Source: Coleofasciculus sp. B1-GNL1-01 | GTDB lineage: Bacteria > Cyanobacteriota > Cyanobacteriia > Cyanobacteriales > Coleofasciculaceae | Length of the DNA stretch: 57,477 nucleotides | Assembly: GCA_040220235.1 (NCBI GenBank) | Contig: JAVJTO010000019.1 | Reading direction: 5' to 3' (one strand) | Shown: positions 51,190-57,477 of the stretch, piece by piece | Numbering within the stretch: position 1 is the stretch's first letter | Layout of the letters: each line of letters begins with the position of its first letter | Translations under genes and position numbers: made by a program | Notes under the pieces: generated by a model | What the model saw: only the letters and a program-made list of their open reading frames with translations | Told to the model about the DNA's origin: nothing | The model's database searches: none

Positions 51190-52224
51190 ATGCATAAAAT
51201 TCCCGTAACTGTAATTACCGGCTTTCTCGGTTCTGGCAAAACCACATTAATGCGCCATTTACTACAAAACAACCAAGGACGTAAAATAGCCGTTCTGGTG
51301 AATGAGTTTGGGGAAGTGGGTATTGATGGCGAGTTATTGCGTTCCTGCCAAATTTGTGATGAGGAAGATAATCCTAACGATAATATTGTCGAACTGACCA
51401 ATGGCTGTCTTTGCTGCACCGTTCAGGAAGAATTCTACCCGACAATGCAGCAACTCTTACAACGACGCGATCGCATCGATTGTATGCTAATTGAAACCTC
51501 TGGATTAGCGTTACCCAAACCCTTAGTTCAAGCCTTCCGTTGGACTCCCATTCGCAACGGTGCTACCGTGGATGGAGTAATCACGGTGGTCGATTGTCAA
51601 GCATTAGCCGCCGGAACCTTAGTCGGTGACATTAATGCCTTAGAAACCCAACGCCAAGCTGACCCCAATTTAGACCATGAAACCCCAATTGAGGAACTCT
51701 TTGAAGATCAATTGGCTTGTGCGGATTTAGTCTTACTCACCAAGGTAGATTTAGTCGATGAGGCGACGCTGAGGAGGATCAAAGACTGGTTACAGCATCA
51801 ATTACCCACGGGAGTTAAAGTTATTCCTTGTGATCAGGGACAGATTCAGCCGGAACTCTTACTCGGGTTCAACGCCGCCGTCGAGGATAACTTAGACAAT
51901 CGTCCCAGTCATCATGATACCGAGGACGACCACGACCATGACGACGAGATTAATTCCGTCCAATTTATTTCTGACCAAGCCTTTGAACCCAAAACCCTAA
52001 TCGCCAAACTGCAACAACTCGTGCAACAGCAGGAGATTTACCGGATCAAAGGGTTTGTGTCTGTACCCAATAAACCCATGCGTCTAGTTTTACAGGGAGT
52101 CGGCAATCGCTTCGATTCATTCTATGATCGACTGTGGCACAACGGCGAATCTCGCCAAACTCGGTTAGTGCTAATTGGACGTAAACTAGACCAGGCTGAC
52201 ATTGAGCAAGCAATTGGCAGTTAG
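51190..52224 (+). CDS. cobW: Cobalamin biosynthesis GTPase (COG0523)
   Basis: TGFLGSGKTT, GCLCC, ETSGLALPKPL, His-rich segment and RIKG. Confidence 0.95.
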   Translation: MHKIPVTVITGFLGSGKTTLMRHLLQNNQGRKIAVLVNEFGEVGIDGELLRSCQICDEEDNPNDNIVELTNGCLCCTVQEEFYPTMQQLLQRRDRIDCMLIETSGLALPKPLVQAFRWTPIRNGATVDGVITVVDCQALAAGTLVGDINALETQRQADPNLDHETPIEELFEDQLACADLVLLTKVDLVDEATLRRIKDWLQHQLPTGVKVIPCDQGQIQPELLLGFNAAVEDNLDNRPSHHDTEDDHDHDDEINSVQFISDQAFEPKTLIAKLQQLVQQQEIYRIKGFVSVPNKPMRLVLQGVGNRFDSFYDRLWHNGESRQTRLVLIGRKLDQADIEQAIGS

Positions 52225-52248
52225 ACGATTAATCGTGAGGGTAAGGGA

Positions 52249-54087
52249 ATGAGGAAAATTCAGTGGCTACTGCTACTTATTAGCTTCTGGAGTACGTTTC
52301 TGGTTTCATTACCCGCAGAAGCGGCTAGGCTTTTGCTGTGGCGATTTGATGCGAGTCAAAATCAACTGGAATTTACCACAGATGGTAGCGTTCAACCCAC
52401 AGCCCAACTGATTCCCAATCCCCTGCGCCTGGTTATCGATTTACCCGGTACGACATTGGGACGCCCCAGCGTCAGCCAGCCTGTAGGGGGAGGGATTCGG
52501 GAAATTCGGGTGGGACAGTTTGACCGCCAGACGACGCGGATTGTGGTAGAAATTGCACCAGGTTATACCATAGATCCCCAACAGATTCAGTTTCGGGGGG
52601 CGTCACCGAGACAGTGGTTTGTACAACTTCCTGAACCGCAGCGGATAACCACACCCGCACCTCGTCCCCTACCGCCGACAACTCCTCCCCCCCAACCCAC
52701 ACCTCGTCCCACACCACCGGAACCCTCTCCCGACAGAACCGAGTCAAGTGTGCAACTTGATCCGATTCAGGTGACGCGGGATGGGTTTTTCATTCGCACC
52801 AATGAGGGGGAAGTTAAAGAGATTCAGGTGGAACGGAGTCGCGATCGCGAAACCATTGAGTTTGATGTAGAAGGGATTACCCTACCCCCAGCGTTACGAA
52901 ATCAAACAGTATCAGTGAATCGCTATGGGGTTAGCCAAATTCAATTATCCCAACAGTCGGGTTCATCCCCAACTCGCATCACCTTAAACGTGAATCGCGA
53001 GAGTCCCGACTGGCAGATGAATTATAGTGCTGTTGGCGGTTTGGTATTATTACCCAGAGGAGTTTCGGCGTCGCAGCTTCAGGACTTATCGCCGCGACGA
53101 GTCGATCGGGAACCCACGGCGGCTACGAATCTCGCCACGATTGAATCAGTGCAAATTGCCCAAAATGGTACTCAATTATTAATTCGGGCAGATCAACGGA
53201 TTCGGGCGAGTGGGAATTGGAATCCCAGCGCCAACCAGTTCCAAATTACCATCCCAGATGCTCAACTGGCTGACCGAATCCAAGGACCTCAGCTAGGCGT
53301 CAATAGTCCATTATCCCAGGTGAGACTACGCCAGCCTGATTCGCGTACTGTGGTGATTGTGGTTCAACCGGATCGAAATACCCAGATTGGCGAACTCAAT
53401 CAACCCAGCGAACAATTGTTAGCCCTATCCCTGCGACAGAGGAGAGTCGTTTCACCACCAACGGGTACGCTTCCCGTACCGCCACCGGAACGATTACCGC
53501 CAGAGAGTTCACCACCCCCGACTGTATTTCCTGGAGTACGCAATACTCGCGTTGTGGTGATGCTTGATCCGGGACATGGGGGCAGAGATCCCGGCGCTGT
53601 GGGGATTGGTGGCTTGCAGGAGAAGAACGTAATTTTACCCATTTCTCTCCAAGTTGCACAACTTTTAGAACAACAGGGTGTACAAACGATATTGACGCGA
53701 TCGGATGATCGATTTATTAGCCTGAGAGGACGAGTTCAACTCGCCGAACAAACTAATGTTGACCTATTTGTCAGTATCCACGCCAATGCGATTAGCCTGA
53801 GTCGTCCCGATGTGAATGGGGTGGAAACCTATTACTATGCCAATGGGCGAGGGCTAGCTGAAGCGATTCAAAACAGTCTCTTACAGAGTACCGGAATGCG
53901 GAATCGCGGCGTGAAGCGAGGTAGATTTTATGTCATCCGACGCACCTCTATGCCTTCTGCGTTAGTGGAAGTGGGGTTTGTCACCGGGGCTGAAGATGCG
54001 CCAAGACTTGCCACACCTGAATTTCGCAGCCTTATTGCCCAAGCGATCGCACGGGGTATTTTACTCTACATTCAGCAAACTCGGTAG
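52249..54087 (+). CDS. N-acetylmuramoyl-L-alanine amidase with AMIN domains
   Basis: RLVIDL AMIN motif; LDPGHGGRDPGA, FVSIHAN and LVEVGF. Confidence 0.94.
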   Translation: MRKIQWLLLLISFWSTFLVSLPAEAARLLLWRFDASQNQLEFTTDGSVQPTAQLIPNPLRLVIDLPGTTLGRPSVSQPVGGGIREIRVGQFDRQTTRIVVEIAPGYTIDPQQIQFRGASPRQWFVQLPEPQRITTPAPRPLPPTTPPPQPTPRPTPPEPSPDRTESSVQLDPIQVTRDGFFIRTNEGEVKEIQVERSRDRETIEFDVEGITLPPALRNQTVSVNRYGVSQIQLSQQSGSSPTRITLNVNRESPDWQMNYSAVGGLVLLPRGVSASQLQDLSPRRVDREPTAATNLATIESVQIAQNGTQLLIRADQRIRASGNWNPSANQFQITIPDAQLADRIQGPQLGVNSPLSQVRLRQPDSRTVVIVVQPDRNTQIGELNQPSEQLLALSLRQRRVVSPPTGTLPVPPPERLPPESSPPPTVFPGVRNTRVVVMLDPGHGGRDPGAVGIGGLQEKNVILPISLQVAQLLEQQGVQTILTRSDDRFISLRGRVQLAEQTNVDLFVSIHANAISLSRPDVNGVETYYYANGRGLAEAIQNSLLQSTGMRNRGVKRGRFYVIRRTSMPSALVEVGFVTGAEDAPRLATPEFRSLIAQAIARGILLYIQQTR

Positions 54088-54095
54088 GATGTCGG

Positions 54096-54322
54096 GTGGG
54101 GAAGCTGGGGGAGCTGGGGAAGCTGGGGAAGCTGGGGAAGCTGGGGGAGCCATGTTCCAGACGAGCCATGGAGCGTCTGTGTGTAGGGGCGGGTTTAGGG
54201 ACTAATATTGATTGTTATCCCTAGCTTGGCTGCAAAACCCGCCCCGACTAAATGACAAATGACAAATGACAAATGACGAATGACAAATGACAAATGACGA
54301 ATGACGAATGACGAATGACGAA
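54096..54322. repeat. Composite repeat cassette in inverted orientation
   Basis: (GGGGAAGCT)n, AGACGAGCCATGGAGCGTCT, GTAGGGGCGGGTTT...AAACCCGCCCCGAC, then (AAATGAC/GAATGAC)x10. Confidence 0.88.
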
Positions 54323-54342
54323 AATAGGAGGATATCAGGGGA

Positions 54343-54810
54343 ATGGGCGTCAATCGCATCCGAATTGCCAAGGATCAAGCCGATTTAGTCAAAGCGTTAA
54401 CCGCATCAGCCGAGACAACCGGACCCTTTCAAACGTATGCTGACGTTATCGCATTTGCAGCGGCGTTGGGTGTCAAGCGCAGGAAGCGATCGCCTCTGGG
54501 AACAATTGCCAAGAAAGAACCTGCACCGATTGGGTTAGAGATATTTGTGTCGCGGGGATATGATGCGCTAATTAAACTTTTGGCGCTTGTCGAAACCAAA
54601 GATGCCAAAATTCTCTCCTCTTTTGATGCCAAAGCAGAGGAGGAAAGGATTCATATTTTTGAAGAGTATGCTAATGGCGGCTTACAGATATTACGAGACG
54701 AGTTGCGGGGGGCGGTGGATTATTCGGAGCGATTATTGTTAGTTTTGAATGCACAACGGTTTAAACAAGTGGTTCCTGACGACGATTTTGATTTAAGTCG
54801 ATTTCTATAA
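54343..54810 (+). CDS. DNA phosphorothioation-associated protein 4 family
   Basis: RIRIAKD...GPFQTYADVIAFAAALG...IFEEYANGGL pattern (family recognised from memory). Confidence 0.8.
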   Translation: MGVNRIRIAKDQADLVKALTASAETTGPFQTYADVIAFAAALGVKRRKRSPLGTIAKKEPAPIGLEIFVSRGYDALIKLLALVETKDAKILSSFDAKAEEERIHIFEEYANGGLQILRDELRGAVDYSERLLLVLNAQRFKQVVPDDDFDLSRFL

Positions 54811-54914
54811 CGGTTCCTAAAGGCGTAGGGTTAACCCATACAAAGAGTGATGTAGGGGCGCAAGGCTTGCGCTCACACAACGATAAACACTATAAAGTGG
54901 ATTGAATCAGAAAT

Positions 54915-55508
54915 TTAAGGATTCAGTATAACCGTTAAATCGAGAACAAATCCCGGTAACACGTCTTCCCCTGAAAGTGGGGGTGGTGCATCAACAGAAA
55001 AATTGATCTGTTCGACATCAACGCCTGGTCGATAAATTTCCACTAGGGGCGTTTGCGGATCAATCAGCCAACCTAAGCGGGCACCATTCTCCCGGTACTC
55101 TAACATTTTGGCACGTAAACCTTGGAGCGAATCGCTTTCAGAACGAAGTTCAATCACAAAGTCTGGACATAAAGGCGGAAAACGTCGCCGTTGTTCAGGT
55201 GATAAGGCTTCCCATCGTTCCAGGATTACCCAGGATACATCGGGACAACGTTTAGCATTATTGGGTAATCGAAACTCAGTGGAAGAGTCAAACACTTTTC
55301 CCAGTCGGGTTTGCTCGTTCCAATTGTAAACTTTAGCCGTCAAACCTGCATTACTAATGCCACTTTCTCCACCTATTGGGGGCATAATTATTAATTCTCC
55401 ATTAGCGGTAAGTTCTAAGCGCCATTGTTCATTTGCCACACAAAGTTGATAAAATTGCTCGTCGGTTAAACCGACGGTGGGGGGTACGTTCAGGGTTAGA
55501 GTGTCCAT
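54915..55508 (-). CDS. Uma2-family endonuclease-fold protein
   Basis: FDSSTEF, PDVSW, CPDFVIELRS, GARLGWLIDP, VLPGF; probable start MDTLT. Confidence 0.93.
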   Translation of the reverse strand: MDTLTLNVPPTVGLTDEQFYQLCVANEQWRLELTANGELIIMPPIGGESGISNAGLTAKVYNWNEQTRLGKVFDSSTEFRLPNNAKRCPDVSWVILERWEALSPEQRRRFPPLCPDFVIELRSESDSLQGLRAKMLEYRENGARLGWLIDPQTPLVEIYRPGVDVEQINFSVDAPPPLSGEDVLPGFVLDLTVILNP

Positions 55509-55835
55509 CGCTGTGTTAGCCAACTGAATTAATTATATTATCAGTGATATCTACGGCAAAACACCACTAAACAGCTTTAGTGGGCATTACCGATTTAAGA
55601 TTTGGGTGATTTGACTTACATACATTTGAATAGGCGATGCCTACTTGACAACACAACTTAACGGAGTTCAGCCAAAACTGTAGTTCTAAACGGCTCAACA
55701 TTTTCCGGCTTCTTATAAAACAAGACTAAATTAACACTTTTAGTATAAATTACTATCCAGTGCTGCTTGATCAAGAAAAATAAAACAATGAAAATTATGC
55801 CGAGTAAATAAACACCAATTGTAGCTAGTCCTAGC

Positions 55836-57477
55836 CCCGCATTTCTCACAAGAAGCGCGAGCGCAAATTACAAAAACCTTGCCAGACAAGGATTTAAGCC
55901 CATTTATTCCCCCCAACCGCACACAACAGTGTGTTGCACCTTCAAGCCTCTGAATAATCATGCTCCTCAACCTAATAAAAAAAGTAAATTGATGCTCATA
56001 TTTTTGGAATATAGCTTTAGTAAAAAGAATTAAGCTGTTCGGCATTTAAATTGGGACACCTAAAACCTTGAAAGGCAACAGGAAACAGGCAACAGAGAAT
56101 ACACAATTTAAATCCGTTTTAGTTGAATTGGCGTAAAGTTTAAGCTAATTAACTTTTCTTGATAGACTCAAATAGAATTTTGACAATTAAATTGAGAATA
56201 AAATCCATAAAACCTGATATAATTTAGTTATAGAAAAGGTCAAATATTTTGCTTTATGATTGCTAACTTATCTCAAAGGAATGACCATTCACTCAACTTT
56301 GGGAAAAAGAAAGGGAAAGAACTTCTTGCTAACTTTAACGGAGGTCAAATCACCTCAGATGCAGTAATCGTTTGGTTAGCAGAGTTAGATAAAAAATTAA
56401 GGATTACAGCAAGATTTGCCGAATGCTTTCAAGACCATCGGCATTTATCTTATCTAAATTATTCAGTTCATCAATTACTCGCTCAAAGAGTTTATGGAAT
56501 TGCTTTAGGATACGAAGATGTCAATGATCATGACCAACTACGCTATGATCCTGCTTTAGCAATCGCCTTAGAAAAGCTCAATTTTGATGACTCATTATCA
56601 GCAATTTTAGCCGGAAAAAGCACCTTAAATCGGCTGGAATATTGCCCCGATACAATCCTTCAGCAACAAGAATCCCGCTATCATCGTATTGAAGCTAACC
56701 CGGAAGAGATTAAAAAAGCCTTCGTAGACATCTTTTTGGAGTCTTATCAAACCCCTCCTCAACAAATCATTTTAGACATGGATGTCACCGATGACCAAGT
56801 GCATGGACATCAAGAAGGCGCATTTTTTAATACTTATTATAAAGGAGTTTGCTATGCACCTTTATATATCTTCTGTGGACATCATTTATTAGTGGCAAGA
56901 TTACGTCCTTCTAATGTAGACCCAGCCGAAGGAGCATTAGAAGAATTGCAGAGAATCATTGGCTTAATTCGAGAAAAATGGCATAATACGCAGATAATAG
57001 TGCGAGGCGATAGTGCTTATGCTCGTGAAGAGCTTATGAATTTTTGTGAAGAGAAAGAAGGGGTAAATTATGTGATAGCAATGGCAACAAATAGCCAATT
57101 GAAGTTACGAGCAACGAATCTTATTGAAAAAGCAAAAAAAGAATACGAAGAGAAGTTATTGCCAGTCACTAAATTGATGGATAGTCTTTTCTCTAAGGAT
57201 GAAGACTTAGAAGAGGTGAGAAAGTTAGTTCCCAACGTGACTTGGTTTCGCTCTATCTACTATCAAACTGAAAAGTCATGGAGTCGTCAAAGAAGAGTGG
57301 TAACAAAAGTGGTTTATGGGAGTGAAGGGTTAGAGTTTCGTCATGTCGTCACATCTTTACCTCCTTCTCAAATTACGCCTTCTCAACTTTATACTAAACA
57401 ATATTGTCCGAGAGGAGAAATGGAAAATCGGATTAAAGAACAGCAATTAGACTTATTTGCTGACCGAACTTCTACCC
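55836..57477 (+). mobile_element. IS1380-family insertion sequence (right end outside the window)
   Basis: Candidate left terminus CCCGCATTTCTCACAAG after CTAG, an AT-rich leader, then the transposase. The exact left end is uncertain. Confidence 0.65.
56256..57477 (+). CDS. IS1380-family DDE transposase (runs off the window)
   Basis: Translated by hand (absent from the ORF track): FNGGQITSD, GYEDVNDH, LDMDVTDD, VRGDSAY and YCPRGEMENRIKE. Confidence 0.93.
   Translation, partial: MIANLSQRNDHSLNFGKKKGKELLANFNGGQITSDAVIVWLAELDKKLRITARFAECFQDHRHLSYLNYSVHQLLAQRVYGIALGYEDVNDHDQLRYDPALAIALEKLNFDDSLSAILAGKSTLNRLEYCPDTILQQQESRYHRIEANPEEIKKAFVDIFLESYQTPPQQIILDMDVTDDQVHGHQEGAFFNTYYKGVCYAPLYIFCGHHLLVARLRPSNVDPAEGALEELQRIIGLIREKWHNTQIIVRGDSAYAREELMNFCEEKEGVNYVIAMATNSQLKLRATNLIEKAKKEYEEKLLPVTKLMDSLFSKDEDLEEVRKLVPNVTWFRSIYYQTEKSWSRQRRVVTKVVYGSEGLEFRHVVTSLPPSQITPSQLYTKQYCPRGEMENRIKEQQLDLFADRTST

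Noticed and set aside
53978..54205. 75-aa ORF with GEA repeats
   Set aside because: It is a translation of the 9-mer/REP cassette and overlaps the amidase end.
55658..56045. 63-aa and 101-aa minus-strand ORFs
   Set aside because: They cross putative IS and MITE ends in AT-rich DNA and show no motifs.
1..57477. High frequency of GCGATCGC as a novelty
   Set aside because: This is the well-known cyanobacterial HIP1; only its specific placements are reported.

Overview
This window comes from a filamentous cyanobacterium, judged from dense HIP1 GCGATCGC sites, heptamer STRR arrays and GTAG-type REP-like palindromes (style resembles Coleofasciculus; inference). Housekeeping genes (valS, ilvN, birA, pgeF, tRNA-Phe, apt, amidase) alternate with accessory blocks. 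These are two very large PAS-rich hybrid histidine kinases, a TPR-CHAT protease module, a GST/hydrolase/RND block, and a cobalamin-riboswitch-led cobalt operon (unknown membrane gene, cbiMNQO, DUF1636, cobW). An orphan phosphorothioation-associated gene and a Uma2 gene lie near the right end. Mobile DNA includes an IS200/IS605 right end truncating an AAA ATPase (left edge), a 212-bp miniature IS200/IS605-like element sitting on a gene's stop codon, and an IS1380 element (right edge). The most notable observations are: REP/STRR repeats translated in frame inside several proteins; a recurring composite repeat cassette; HIP1-containing identical sequences at PAS-module junctions; several deletion-fused gene remnants; and a candidate B12/cobalt membrane transporter. 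No CRISPR array or integrase was seen. All family assignments are from motif recognition, not database searches.
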